NCBI GenBank assembly: GCA_902803375.1
Contig: CADCPN010000002.1
Span: forward strand, 47,530 to 111,529
Direction: 5' to 3'
Length of the DNA stretch: 64,000 nt
From: an uncultured Erysipelotrichaceae bacterium
GTDB taxonomy: Bacteria; Bacillota_I; Bacilli_A; RFN20; CAG-826
This document shows, piece by piece, positions 8,588-18,623 of this stretch. Numbering within the stretch: position 1 is the first letter of the stretch; every line of letters begins with the position of its first letter. The position numbers and the translations under genes were made by a program. The notes under the pieces were generated by a model. The model saw nothing but the letters and a program-made list of their open reading frames with translations. It searched no databases and had not been told where the DNA came from.

Positions 8588-9721
8588 TTATTTCTTCTTG
8601 CTTGCGGCACGAAGGGTGTAATGCGGTTTCGGAGCTCGCTTCTGTTGGGGTTTCTGCTCGCCGAAGCGGCGGGAAGCGGCGGCGCGCTGCTTGCCCTTCT
8701 TAATCTTGGTTTCGGCGCGGGTATCGCGCTCATTCTTTGCTTCGTGCTCCACCATCTTGGCTTTCTGCTTGGCAAACTTAGCATTGTCAGAGAAGACAAG
8801 CTTCTTAAATTCGATCGGCATCGGAGCGACAAAGTCATACTCCTTGCCATTTAGCGGATTGGTGAAGGTTAGCTTATAGGCGTGGAGGCCAAGGCGCTTT
8901 AACGGGTCAGTCGGCTCGCCATACTTGTCATCGCCAATGACGTAATGGCCAATATGGCCAAGCTGAACGCGGATCTGGTTCTTACGCCCGGATTCGATAT
9001 GGATATCAAGAAGGGTATAGGGGCCGCGTTCCTTAACGACTTTGTAGCTGGTGATCGCCAGTTTGCCCTTCGCCTTGTCTTTGGTGACGTAAACAAGCTG
9101 GAAATTATCCTGGGCAAGGTAGTCCTTCAACGTGTCGGAATCCTTTTCCATCTTGCCTTCAACGATCGCATAGTAAGCGCGGTCTTTGACGATGGACTGC
9201 CAAGAGTTCTGGAGGGCTTCGCGGGTCTGGTAGTTCTTGGCAAAGACGAGAACGCCGGAAGTATCTTCATCAAGACGGTGGACGACGAAGATTCTATCCT
9301 TCGGGCTCTTGGCCATGACATAATCGGAGACAAGACGATACGCGGTTCTTCCCTTCTCTCTTTCGGTTGCGACGGAAAGGAGGCCAGAGGGCTTATTGAT
9401 AACGATGAGGTCCTGATCTTCAAAGATGATCGGGAGGTCTTTGCGTTCATGCTTGGCGATGCGGTTCTTGGAGACCGTGACGACGTCTTCCGGATATAGC
9501 GGGGCATCGAATTGGCTGGTAGGAACGCCACCGACGGCGACTTGATGATGAGAAAGGAGGCTCTTAAGAGTCTTTCTCGGGGTATCCGGCATCTTGAAGG
9601 CGAGGAACTCTAGAAGAGTGGTCTCCTTATAGACTTCCCATTCCTTGATGGAATGAGGATCCACTAGGCCCTTTTCGCGCTTCTTCGCGGGTAATTTCGA
9701 TTTCTTATCGTTTTTGTTCAT
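8588..9721 (-). CDS. rluD: RluA-family 23S rRNA pseudouridine synthase (RluD-like) with an N-terminal S4 domain and Lys/Arg-rich terminal extensions.
   Basis: Catalytic motif HRLDEDTSGVLVFAKN. An S4-like segment lies before it. Basic tails are present at both ends (KKREKG..., ...KRAPKPHYTLRAASKKK). Confidence 0.8.
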   Translation of the reverse strand: MNKNDKKSKLPAKKREKGLVDPHSIKEWEVYKETTLLEFLAFKMPDTPRKTLKSLLSHHQVAVGGVPTSQFDAPLYPEDVVTVSKNRIAKHERKDLPIIFEDQDLIVINKPSGLLSVATEREKGRTAYRLVSDYVMAKSPKDRIFVVHRLDEDTSGVLVFAKNYQTREALQNSWQSIVKDRAYYAIVEGKMEKDSDTLKDYLAQDNFQLVYVTKDKAKGKLAITSYKVVKERGPYTLLDIHIESGRKNQIRVQLGHIGHYVIGDDKYGEPTDPLKRLGLHAYKLTFTNPLNGKEYDFVAPMPIEFKKLVFSDNAKFAKQKAKMVEHEAKNERDTRAETKIKKGKQRAAASRRFGEQKPQQKRAPKPHYTLRAASKKK

Positions 9722-9723
9722 GT

Positions 9724-10584
9724 TTATTCTCCGATGTATTTCTTTAGCTCCGGCAATAGCTTTATGGCGACGTCGTAGCCTTTTTGATAAAGGGCGTGGA
9801 GCTTTGCTTTATCCTTTTCCACCCTGCCGATTTCTACTTTCTCCTCAGGGGCGATGATGAAGACTTTCCCCTCCCTTTCCAAGCGGAAGAGCTCTTCCAT
9901 CTGACGGTTATAGAGGGCCTCGTATCCGTTGACGGCCTTCACGAATTCTGGGTAGCGATGGTACTTCCTCTTCGTGTAAAGGCGGTTGAGTTCCGTGCGC
10001 TTCTTCTTGCGGTAGCTGCGATCTCTTGTGAGCACGACAACCACTTTGCGGAAGCCATCTTCTATCGGCTTCTTAAAGGGCACAGAGGCAACGGGTCCGC
10101 CGTCCATATGCAGATGGCCTTCGACCTCAACGGGTTTGTTGATAATGGGCAGAGACGAGGAAGCGGCGAGCGCGGCCATGAAATCTGGCGTAACGCCCTT
10201 TTCAAAGTAATGGGCCTTGCCATCGTCCATGCCTGTGGTCGCGCAAAGGAAACGGGTCTTCGACTTATCGAATTCTTCTTGATTGAAGCTTCTAACGGAC
10301 TTTGGGACTTCATACATCAGGAAATCGAAATTGAAGAAATTGCCATCCTTGAGGTAGTTGTTCACGGAGGCAAACTCCTTCATCTGCATGCATTCTTCGA
10401 TGAGCCACGCGCCGCGGCCTTTGTCTTTGGCGAGGTAGTTGTAGGAAAGAAGAGCGCCGGCAGAGGTTCCAATAACATAGGGAAATTCGATGTTATTATC
10501 GATAAATGCGTCCAAAACTCCCGCGGCGAAAACGCCTCGAGTGCCACCGCCTTGTACCGATAATGCAATCTCTTCTCTTACCAT
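9724..10584 (-). CDS. Patatin-like phospholipase.
   Basis: Oxyanion hole GGGTRG and nucleophile elbow GTSAGA. The start is placed at the internal Met (MVREEIAL) rather than the ORF-track start at 10623, because the track start overlaps the divergent lipoprotein gene. Confidence 0.75.
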   Translation of the reverse strand: MVREEIALSVQGGGTRGVFAAGVLDAFIDNNIEFPYVIGTSAGALLSYNYLAKDKGRGAWLIEECMQMKEFASVNNYLKDGNFFNFDFLMYEVPKSVRSFNQEEFDKSKTRFLCATTGMDDGKAHYFEKGVTPDFMAALAASSSLPIINKPVEVEGHLHMDGGPVASVPFKKPIEDGFRKVVVVLTRDRSYRKKKRTELNRLYTKRKYHRYPEFVKAVNGYEALYNRQMEELFRLEREGKVFIIAPEEKVEIGRVEKDKAKLHALYQKGYDVAIKLLPELKKYIGE

Positions 10585-10610
10585 TGTCGATACAATGGTA
10601 CAATTTCCGC

Positions 10611-12206
10611 ATGCAACAACCAAAGAAAATCACCATAGTGCTAAGCGCAATTTTATTCCTCAGCGCTTGCGCCCCGGTCTCTCCGGCCGTTAGTTCGTCC
10701 TCTTCCGAGGGCAAATCTCCGTCCAGCGACACCTCTTCCCTTGAGGTCTCCTCAGTCTCCTCTGAAAGCTCATCCGCCAACAGAGAGAAGCATTCTGGCG
10801 TCTTCAAGTTCTACTGCGTCAATGACTTCCATGGATCTGTGTTGCCTGGATATGACGGCTATGGCCGCTTTGAATCTGGCATCAAGAAATACTTTGGAAA
10901 GCTCAAAGAGCTAAAGGACGCGGATCCTGAACATACAATCGTCCTCTCCGCAGGAGACATGTATCAGGGTTCCTTGGAATCCAACCTCAACTACGGCAAT
11001 CTCGTCACCGAGGCCATGAACGCCGTCCCCTTTGACGCCATGGCCATCGGCAATCACGAATGGGACTATGGCCAGCAGAGGCTAAAAGACAATATCGCCC
11101 TCGCCGATTTCCCGATGCTCGGCGGCAACGTCGTGAAATATGAAAACGGCGCAGCGACCACCACCCCTTGGTATGACGGCTTAGGCAAATCCACCATCAT
11201 CGAAAAAGCGGGCGTGAAGATCGGCATCGTCGGCATGATCGGCTATGGTCAAACCACTTCTATCATGTCCAAAGCAGTCGAAGATGTTTCCTTCGTTAAC
11301 CCTGAGCCCATCGCTCTTGCCGAAGCGCAACGTCTTAAGCAAGAAGAGGGATGTGAAATCACGATGCTCGTCATCCATGACGATGCAGACCAAGTGCTGG
11401 GCTGGGACGCTTATAGACAGCTAAACGCCTATTTCGACGGCGTCTTCTGCGGCCATAGCCACACTCGGAACAAGAAGATCAGCGATGGCGTCCCTCTCAT
11501 CCAGAGCTACTGCAACGGCCGCGCTTTCTCCCACATCGAAATCACCCTGACCGAAGGCCGGGCCAAAGCCAGCAACTACAATATCCAGACCGCAAGCGAA
11601 TCTTGGGAAGATAATTCCGCCATTGCCGCGGTTACCGACAAATATCTCGGCAAAGAAGACTACACGTCTCGCGCAAACGCCACTGCCGGCAACCTTACCG
11701 AGGCTATCGATAACAAAGGCGTCGCACGCTTAGGAGCCAGGGCAATCTACGAGAAATATCACGCTATATACCCTGATTTAGCATGCGCGATTGAAAATAA
11801 GCAAAGAGCAACTTTGCCAGCCGGCCCCGTCAAATATACCCAGCTCTACAAGTGCACTCCCTTCACCAATAACGTCATTATCATGAAAGCTCTCGGCAGC
11901 GAGATCAAAAGCGAAGGCGGCTACAACAACAACGTCGCATACGTCGGAGACCTATCCAAATACGGTTCTCTTGATGACGACAAGACCTACACCATCGCCG
12001 TCATCGATTACCTCGCTTACCATCAGGATGCCGAGAAGCGTTACAACTATTTCCCAGGCCTAGGGACTGGCGAAGACACCATAATCGAGGAATATGACGA
12101 CTATCCAATGGATATTTCCTTCGCTTATCTGGAGACCCTTGGAAACACCATTGATGCCTCTTTGTTCTCGGAGAGTGACCCTCATTTCACCGCCTATGCG
12201 AAATAA
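10611..12206 (+). CDS. Calcineurin-like metallophosphoesterase lipoprotein (5'-nucleotidase / 2',3'-cyclic-nucleotide phosphodiesterase family).
   Basis: Signal peptide with lipobox LSAC (MQQPKKITIVLSAILFLSACAP) and a Ser-rich linker. Motifs DFHG, GDMYQG and GNHEWDYG are present. The ORF-track start at 10506 is rejected because it overlaps the patatin gene. Confidence 0.7.
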   Translation: MQQPKKITIVLSAILFLSACAPVSPAVSSSSSEGKSPSSDTSSLEVSSVSSESSSANREKHSGVFKFYCVNDFHGSVLPGYDGYGRFESGIKKYFGKLKELKDADPEHTIVLSAGDMYQGSLESNLNYGNLVTEAMNAVPFDAMAIGNHEWDYGQQRLKDNIALADFPMLGGNVVKYENGAATTTPWYDGLGKSTIIEKAGVKIGIVGMIGYGQTTSIMSKAVEDVSFVNPEPIALAEAQRLKQEEGCEITMLVIHDDADQVLGWDAYRQLNAYFDGVFCGHSHTRNKKISDGVPLIQSYCNGRAFSHIEITLTEGRAKASNYNIQTASESWEDNSAIAAVTDKYLGKEDYTSRANATAGNLTEAIDNKGVARLGARAIYEKYHAIYPDLACAIENKQRATLPAGPVKYTQLYKCTPFTNNVIIMKALGSEIKSEGGYNNNVAYVGDLSKYGSLDDDKTYTIAVIDYLAYHQDAEKRYNYFPGLGTGEDTIIEEYDDYPMDISFAYLETLGNTIDASLFSESDPHFTAYAK

Positions 12207-12294
12207 GGAAAAAGACTCAAGCCCGAAATGGCTCTACATCTTCCCGATCTTCCTCGGGTTAATAGCCATCACGGCCATGGTCTTATTGATCGTC

Positions 12295-13200
12295 TTAAAC
12301 GGATAGGTGCTTCTGCAGGAAGCGAAGCATCGCATCATTAACAACCTTAGACTCCTCAAGCTGAAGGTCGGTTACGTTATGCACGTGAGCGACCTTTTTG
12401 TTTTCGCTTTGCAAATCCAGGAACTCGCTGGCGATAAAAGGGCGCTTCTCTAAATCGTTTTGCAGCCTTAGGGCTTCGCTCCTGATGAAATCGTTATTGC
12501 AGGTAGAGACGAATAGCGGGATCGATAAAGCGTCGATATGGGCATGAGGGGAGTATTTATCCAAGAAGTCATAGTCCTCAAAGCGCGGTCCATAAAGAAA
12601 GGTATTAGCCCCTTTCGTCGCATTCTCTTTTCCCGCGATGTGGGTGTAGTTATAAACGGGGCAATTCAGAAGGACGGCTTCAGGCTTGAAGCTGGAGATT
12701 AAGAACCCTGTGCCCTCTTCCACTTCTTTGCTGCAGCAGGCCTCGGCAAGCAATAAGGCCAGGTGGCCACCTGCGGAATCTCCCGTCAAAACGAAACGGT
12801 CTGAGGTTAAGCCGAATCCCTCAAGATGAGCCGTAAGGAAATCGATGGCATTCACCACATCGCCATAGAGGTTTTCGATGCCGCGGCTTCCATCATTCGG
12901 CACGTAATCGATGGATACGAAGTCATAGCCTTCCTCTAGGAAGACGGTGCCGAAAGGATAATTATCCTTTCTATCGCCGAAGATGTAGGCTCCGCCATGG
13001 ATATCCACGACGCAGACGTTCTTCCTATTCTCTTTGGCATAGTAAATATCCAGGCAATGTTTATCGTTGCCATCGCCGGCGTAGTTCACGTCGAACCGAT
13101 GCTCATAAAGGTCGAAACTTGGAAACCCCTTCCTTCTTTTCGCGTTAAGCCGGATGCAATATGCCTTAACCATTTTCCACATGAGCTTAGTTACTTTCAT
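12295..13200 (-). CDS. Alpha/beta-hydrolase fold esterase/lipase.
   Basis: HGGAY oxyanion motif and GDSAGG nucleophile elbow. Confidence 0.7.
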   Translation of the reverse strand: MKVTKLMWKMVKAYCIRLNAKRRKGFPSFDLYEHRFDVNYAGDGNDKHCLDIYYAKENRKNVCVVDIHGGAYIFGDRKDNYPFGTVFLEEGYDFVSIDYVPNDGSRGIENLYGDVVNAIDFLTAHLEGFGLTSDRFVLTGDSAGGHLALLLAEACCSKEVEEGTGFLISSFKPEAVLLNCPVYNYTHIAGKENATKGANTFLYGPRFEDYDFLDKYSPHAHIDALSIPLFVSTCNNDFIRSEALRLQNDLEKRPFIASEFLDLQSENKKVAHVHNVTDLQLEESKVVNDAMLRFLQKHLSV

Positions 13201-13208
13201 TGTCTTTC

Positions 13209-13985
13209 CTAGATGAGATGGAAATGCTCAAGGGCATGGACGATTCCATCGTCTTCGATGCGATCGGTGACGTAGTTGGCGGCTTCCTTCACTTCTGGTT
13301 TGCCGTTTCCCATGCAGACGAAGATGCCGGTCTCCTTCTCCATGGAGATATCCTGGATATCGTCGCCGAAGGAAATGGTCTCTTCCTTATTGATGCCGAG
13401 TTCTTTCAAGACGTCGACGATGGCGTCGCCTTTGGAATGGGGCTCGCCAGAGACATCGACCGCGCATTCGTGGAAGCGATAGTAATCTAGATGCGGGCGG
13501 ACGCTGAAAATCTCCTCATCGGATTCTTTTGGGGAGAATAGCAAAAGGCCCGTTGCGTCTTCGCCATGATAGCGATGGACGCGAGGCAATTGATATTGGT
13601 AAACGTAATGGTACCCATCGACATACTGGTTAGGCGGGGCGATGAGGAAACGAGACTGCGGGCAAACGATTTCCACGGTGTAGCCCATAGACTCCGCTTT
13701 ATGGCAAATCGCATACACGTCCGCCTTGTCCATAAGCAATTTTCGCACGCATTTCCTGCCGACGTGGGCGATGGCGCCTGCAGAGCAGATATAGCCATCC
13801 CAGTGAATGCCCAGATCGAAAATGCCGAATAGCTTCATGGAGTTATAGGGTCTAGCGGTGCAGATGAAGCATTTGACTCCCTGCTTCTTCAGCTTTTTGA
13901 TGGCCTCGATTCCAGAGGAAATGTACTGGTGGGAGGCGTGGTCATATAAAGTCCAGTCGATATCAAAAAATGCGGCTTTGATCAT
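13209..13985 (-). CDS. Cof-type HAD-IIB phosphatase.
   Basis: N-terminal FFDIDWTLYD (DxD motif) and C-terminal FGDDIQDISM. Confidence 0.75.
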   Translation of the reverse strand: MIKAAFFDIDWTLYDHASHQYISSGIEAIKKLKKQGVKCFICTARPYNSMKLFGIFDLGIHWDGYICSAGAIAHVGRKCVRKLLMDKADVYAICHKAESMGYTVEIVCPQSRFLIAPPNQYVDGYHYVYQYQLPRVHRYHGEDATGLLLFSPKESDEEIFSVRPHLDYYRFHECAVDVSGEPHSKGDAIVDVLKELGINKEETISFGDDIQDISMEKETGIFVCMGNGKPEVKEAANYVTDRIEDDGIVHALEHFHLI

Positions 13986-13988
13986 GGC

Positions 13989-15716
13989 TCAAAATTTTAA
14001 ATGGCTGTTTAGCTCTTGCATAGTCTTTTCGTCCACCTTAAGGATCTCTCTGTCATATGTGAGAAGGCCGTTCACCTCATCTTCGACATCGCTAAGTTGG
14101 GTGTAGATGGTGCACGTGAGTCCGGAAGAGGCGATTTGCGGCACGATATGCTGGGTATAGAGGTCAGAGATCTCCTTCGTTAAGGTTGCTTCATCCTTGA
14201 TGGATTTGTAGCCAAATCTCTTGCCAGGGAAGGTATGGCCTTCAATGGGCAAAGCATAGCCTCCGAACTCCGATAGAGACAAAGCTCTAAGGGATCCGCA
14301 TTGCATCTTTGGGGCGCGGAAATAGATATGGCGGGATAGGAAATCTCCACCGCCCTGGTCATACCAGCCGGAGGTGGAATCAATAAGGCGGGAAGAGTCT
14401 AGGGAACGCAACGCCGAGGTAAGCCTTAGCGAATCAAATTGTCCCCAGCCTTCATTGAATAGAGTCCAAACGGCGATGCAAGGGCAGTTATAGAGATGCC
14501 TGACCGTTGCGGAAAGATCGGATTCAAACCATTCACGGGATTTCGGGTTTTTCCTGCCCAAAAGCGCATACCGTTTCGTATCGTTTAACGAGAAATTGAG
14601 GAACGGGCGAACATAAAGTAGCAAATTCTTATATGGGGCGCCGCCATTGACCATGTCCTGGATGACAATCATGCCAAGACGATCACAATGGTAATACCAA
14701 CGGAGAGGTTCAATCTTGATGTGCTTGCGGAGGGTATTGAAGCCAAGGCGCTTCATGGTCTCGATATCATTGACCATGGCCTCATCGCTGGGCGGGGTTA
14801 AGCCGCCGTCGGGGAAATAGCCTTGGTCGAGGACGCCGCTAAGGAAATAGGGCTTGTTATTCAATCCAAAGACGCGATGTCCATTATGCTCAATAAGGCT
14901 AAATTTTCTCATGGCGAAATAGCTATGGACCACGTCGTCATTCACCTTTATCTCAAGGTCATATAGGTTAGGGTCTTCCGGGCTCCAGGGACGGAACAAA
15001 GAAGAGATGTCTAAGGTCACTTCGTTATCGGGGCCTAAGCTTCCTCTAGCAACAGTCTGGCCTTTGTAGGTGGCAGTAATGGAAGACGAACGGACCCTGC
15101 CTTCAAAGAAGACTTCCACATTGAGCTTCTGCTCATCGAAATCAGGATTGATCTCGATGTTCTTGATGACTTCGGATGGGACGCTTTCTAGCCACACACT
15201 CCCCCAAATACCAGAAGTCGGGGTATACCAGATACCTCCGCGCTTGCGACGTTGCTTGCCACGGGGGAAGACGTCGCTATCGGTATCGTCTTTGACATCC
15301 ACTAATAGTTCGTTATCACCATCTTTTAGTTCAAGACAGTCGACGGTGAAAGGAAGATATCCGCCTTCATGGTGGCAGATCTTCACCCCGTTTAGGAAAA
15401 CATCGGCAATCTGATCCACGGCATCAAAATGGATAAGGACTCTGCCTTTATTAAAGCCTTCAGGGAGGCGGAACATCTTGCGGTAATGAAGAACGGTGGA
15501 GGAGGTTACCTCTTCTTCGATTCCAGAAAGCGGGCTTTCCACAGAGAAAGGGACGATGATCTTTCGCGGATAGTATCCGTGATGGATGGGATCGTTATTC
15601 ATTTCGAACATCCACTCGCCATTCAAAGGAAAAAATGAATCGCGGCGAAATTGCGGATTCGGATATTCGGTCAAAGGCTTAGACAGATCTATTTTCCTGC
15701 CAAATCTTGTTTTCAT
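13989..15716 (-). CDS. Glycoside hydrolase, family 2-like (beta-galactosidase/glucuronidase-type).
   Basis: 575 aa. A sugar-binding-domain-like N-terminus is followed by a TIM-barrel segment with WTLFNEGWGQFD (NE acid/base-like). It is shorter than typical GH2 proteins, so the family assignment is tentative. Confidence 0.45.
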   Translation of the reverse strand: MKTRFGRKIDLSKPLTEYPNPQFRRDSFFPLNGEWMFEMNNDPIHHGYYPRKIIVPFSVESPLSGIEEEVTSSTVLHYRKMFRLPEGFNKGRVLIHFDAVDQIADVFLNGVKICHHEGGYLPFTVDCLELKDGDNELLVDVKDDTDSDVFPRGKQRRKRGGIWYTPTSGIWGSVWLESVPSEVIKNIEINPDFDEQKLNVEVFFEGRVRSSSITATYKGQTVARGSLGPDNEVTLDISSLFRPWSPEDPNLYDLEIKVNDDVVHSYFAMRKFSLIEHNGHRVFGLNNKPYFLSGVLDQGYFPDGGLTPPSDEAMVNDIETMKRLGFNTLRKHIKIEPLRWYYHCDRLGMIVIQDMVNGGAPYKNLLLYVRPFLNFSLNDTKRYALLGRKNPKSREWFESDLSATVRHLYNCPCIAVWTLFNEGWGQFDSLRLTSALRSLDSSRLIDSTSGWYDQGGGDFLSRHIYFRAPKMQCGSLRALSLSEFGGYALPIEGHTFPGKRFGYKSIKDEATLTKEISDLYTQHIVPQIASSGLTCTIYTQLSDVEDEVNGLLTYDREILKVDEKTMQELNSHLKF

Positions 15717-15788
15717 ATCTTGATTTATATCTTACCAAAAATGGTAAGAAGCGGTCCGTGATATACTCATCCCCGGAGGCAAAGTTAT

Positions 15789-16979
15789 ATGAAAATTAAC
15801 ACTATTGCGCAAAGAATCCGCGAATCTGGGGCTCAGGCCTGGGTCCTCGTGGATTACGAAAATAGGAATAAGACCTTGGTTTCCCTTTTAGGAAACAAAA
15901 TGCTCACCCGCAAGATCATCATGGTTATCCCAGCTGAGGGAAAGCCGTATCTCATTGCCCATTTCATCGATTCCGTCTTCTTGAAGGATGAGGCCACCAC
16001 CAAGAATTTCGATCTAAAGATCTATAAGACTTGGCAAGAGATGCTGCAAATTGAAAAGCAATCCCTTTCCTGCTACGAAACCGTCTTGATGGATATGAGC
16101 GAATATGGGCTTCTCCCTCGGGTCTCCCTAGCCGATTATGGCTCCGTCGAATATGTGAAATCCCTGGGTGTAAAAGTTAAAAGCAGCGCGGACGTGCTTC
16201 AATCTTTGACCGCAGTTTTCTCCGAAAGAGCATACGGTTTGCAGAAGAAAGCCGCCGAAATAACCTTGAAGATCAAGGATGAGGCCTTCCGCAAAATCCG
16301 CGATGACATTCTTTATAGCGGCGAGTCCGATGAGTATCGCATCCAGAAATTCATCTGCGACCGTTTCCATGAAGAAGGCATGGTTTACGATGATCCCGCC
16401 ATCGTCGCGGTTGGCCCGAATGCCAGCAATCCGCATTATGGCCCGGACGAGCACACCCATTCCCCCATCCATGAAGGGGATTTGATCCTCATCGATATGT
16501 GGGCGAAGATGGATGACCCAGAAGGCGTGTATGCCGATATCACCTGGATGGGATTTGTCGGCGAAGAGGTTCCGGAAATCTATGAAAATCGCTTCCAGAT
16601 TGCCAAAGCTGCCAGAGATGGCGTCATCGAATTCTTAAGAAGAGAACTTCCGAAGCGTCGTGTCGAGGCCTATGAGGCCGATGACGTCGCCAGGAAGATC
16701 ATCGCTGATGCAGGTTTTGGGGAATATTTTCTCCACCGCGTTGGCCATAACATCGCCGCCGATGTTTCTCCACACGGTCCAGGCGCAAATCTCGATAACT
16801 ACGAGAGCCACGATAACCGCGCATTGCTCGCCGGCACTTCTTTCTCCGATGAGCCAGGCATCTATGCCCCGGACTTTGGCGTCCGCACCGAGACGGACCT
16901 TTATAACGAAAACGGCGAGCTAGTCGTCGTTGCGGGATTGCAGGATCACGTCCTCCCAATCCTCGCCTTAAAAGATTAA
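15789..16979 (+). CDS. M24-family metallopeptidase (Xaa-Pro aminopeptidase/prolidase-like).
   Basis: HRVGHNIAADVSPHGPG and GTSFSDEPGIY are pita-bread-fold metal-ligand motifs. Confidence 0.8.
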   Translation: MKINTIAQRIRESGAQAWVLVDYENRNKTLVSLLGNKMLTRKIIMVIPAEGKPYLIAHFIDSVFLKDEATTKNFDLKIYKTWQEMLQIEKQSLSCYETVLMDMSEYGLLPRVSLADYGSVEYVKSLGVKVKSSADVLQSLTAVFSERAYGLQKKAAEITLKIKDEAFRKIRDDILYSGESDEYRIQKFICDRFHEEGMVYDDPAIVAVGPNASNPHYGPDEHTHSPIHEGDLILIDMWAKMDDPEGVYADITWMGFVGEEVPEIYENRFQIAKAARDGVIEFLRRELPKRRVEAYEADDVARKIIADAGFGEYFLHRVGHNIAADVSPHGPGANLDNYESHDNRALLAGTSFSDEPGIYAPDFGVRTETDLYNENGELVVVAGLQDHVLPILALKD

Positions 16980-17066
16980 TTGCCCGCAACAACAGAAAAA
17001 GGTGCCCCCTTGGTCATGGGACACCTTTTCCTTTGGAAAGGAGGATCTTTCGGCAAAGCTTCTAGG

Positions 17067-17498
17067 TTACTGGATAGCGATGCGATGGGACTCATCGACT
17101 TTCTTCGAAGATTCCTTCGGGAAGCTGATGGTAAGGACGCCATCCTTATAGGAAGCGTGGATATTCTTCTCTTCGACATCGCCGACGTAGTAGCTACGAG
17201 AGGCGCTGCCAGAGAAGCGTTCACGATGGATGAAGCCGCCCTTCTTGGCATCTTTATCTTTATAGGAACGGTTAACCTGACCTTCGACGGTTAGGTAGCC
17301 ATCCTTTAGATAGAGCTTAATGTTGTTCTTATCGAATCCCGGCATTTCAACTTCGAGAAGGTAATCATTGCCCTCCTCCTTAACGTCGGTCTTCATAGAG
17401 AGGTTACCAAAGTTCTCCGTGTTAAGGTCTTCATCGAAGAAGCCATCGAAGAGAGGATCAAGGAATCCTCCATTGTAACGAGTGACATAACGAGACAT
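17067..17498 (-). CDS. Hsp20/alpha-crystallin small heat-shock protein.
   Basis: 143 aa. Alpha-crystallin domain LEVEMPGFDKNNIKL...VLTISFPK with tandem CIRCE elements immediately upstream. Confidence 0.85.
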   Translation of the reverse strand: MSRYVTRYNGGFLDPLFDGFFDEDLNTENFGNLSMKTDVKEEGNDYLLEVEMPGFDKNNIKLYLKDGYLTVEGQVNRSYKDKDAKKGGFIHRERFSGSASRSYYVGDVEEKNIHASYKDGVLTISFPKESSKKVDESHRIAIQ

Positions 17499-17522
17499 AT
17501 ATTTGTACCTCCTAAATAGGTT

Positions 17523-17549
17523 TTAGCACTCTCGCTTCTCAAGTGCTAA
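17523..17549. promoter_or_regulatory. CIRCE operator copy 1 (HrcA binding site).
   Basis: TTAGCACTC-N9-AAGTGCTAA, one mismatch from the consensus TTAGCACTC-N9-GAGTGCTAA. It lies 25 nt upstream of the hsp20 start. Confidence 0.8.
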
Positions 17550-17568
17550 CTACATTTTAGTCACGTTT

Positions 17569-17595
17569 TTAGCACTGTCAAGCATTGAGTGCTAA
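17569..17595. promoter_or_regulatory. CIRCE operator copy 2.
   Basis: TTAGCACTG-N9-GAGTGCTAA, 19 nt upstream of copy 1. Confidence 0.8.
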
Positions 17596-17598
17596 TTT

Positions 17599-18084
17599 TC
17601 AGAAAAGTTTTTTAATTTCTCTAGATTTGATCGTGTCTTTTCTATCTAAAAATTTTTTAACTAATTCTCTAAGGACATCCGAAATCTCCTCGCAGTGGCA
17701 TGTAAAGTCGATGGTCAAGACGAATTTTGAGTCCTTCATTTTGAGCAGATGCTGCGTCATGTAGATGTTGATCTTCTCACAATATAGCCTCGTTGCCTGT
17801 TCCATGGGGATGCCGCGCCAAAACCCATAATAGAACTTGGCAACCTCCCATTTTGGCTCATTGATATTCACATCGGCAGGTAAGCCTATCGCCTCCGGCA
17901 ATAGCTTTTGTTTTGCGGCCGCGTAAAAGAGAATCGTCGAGTAAATCTCATTGGCTGCGGACGCGACTTCATTCACGGGGTTCTTCTTTCTTGGGTAGAG
18001 GTTGGCGTAACCATCGAAAAGCAGGTCCCCCGTATAGCGGATGAACTGATTGCATTGGTTCGCGTCTTCGTAAATTGCATTCAT
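17599..18084 (-). CDS. Hypothetical protein, no recognisable family.
   Basis: 161-aa ORF with protein-like composition. It ends just upstream of the CIRCE pair. Confidence 0.35.
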   Translation of the reverse strand: MNAIYEDANQCNQFIRYTGDLLFDGYANLYPRKKNPVNEVASAANEIYSTILFYAAAKQKLLPEAIGLPADVNINEPKWEVAKFYYGFWRGIPMEQATRLYCEKINIYMTQHLLKMKDSKFVLTIDFTCHCEEISDVLRELVKKFLDRKDTIKSREIKKLF

Positions 18085-18170
18085 TTGTTTTTGTCTCCTT
18101 CACTTTCCTTTTAGGGAGGCAAAATCAAAAAGGTATTCAAAAAAAGGAAATTCTTCTTATCATCACTTCT

Positions 18171-18623
18171 ATGATCAAAGATCCAAATTCCCTTTTATCG
18201 GCCATTGAAGCCCTTGCCCTAGATAACGAGCCTGAACTAAAGCTTGCCCATATGCTTAACGCCTTATCCGCGATTAAGCAGGAAATCCCTTCTTCTGCTT
18301 GGGTTGGCATTTACCTCAAGACTGACGGAAAGCTCATCCTCGGCCCCTTCCAAGGCACGCCCGCATGCGAGAGCATCCGCTTCGATAAAGGCGTCGTAGG
18401 AGTCTGCTATAGCCAAGGGAAAACTCTAGTCGTCCCTGACGTTACCAAATTCCCAGGCTACATCTCCTGCGACCCGATCGCCGCGCAGGAAGTATGTGTC
18501 CCAATGTGCGTTAATGGTGAAACGGTAGCTGTTTTTGATGTGGACTACCCCGCTGGTAATCCCATCGCAGATGATGCGGAAACATTAGAAAAAGCAGCCG
18601 CCTTATTGGCTAAGCTGCTTTAG
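18171..18623 (+). CDS. GAF-domain protein, free methionine-(R)-sulfoxide reductase (fRMsr/MsrC)-like.
   Basis: Pattern WVGIYL...GPFQG..AC..I.F.KGVVGVC...VVPDV..FPG.I.CD..AQEVCVP is typical of single-domain GAF fRMsr proteins. The start is set at the internal ATG 18171, because the track start at 18075 overlaps the upstream gene. Confidence 0.6.
   Translation: MIKDPNSLLSAIEALALDNEPELKLAHMLNALSAIKQEIPSSAWVGIYLKTDGKLILGPFQGTPACESIRFDKGVVGVCYSQGKTLVVPDVTKFPGYISCDPIAAQEVCVPMCVNGETVAVFDVDYPAGNPIADDAETLEKAAALLAKLL

Noticed and set aside
10506-10610. ORF-track start at 10506 for the nucleotidase lipoprotein.
   Set aside because: It would overlap the patatin gene by more than 100 nt and place about 35 non-signal residues before a perfect lipoprotein signal peptide. 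The internal ATG at 10611 gives a canonical MQQPKK...LSAC signal.
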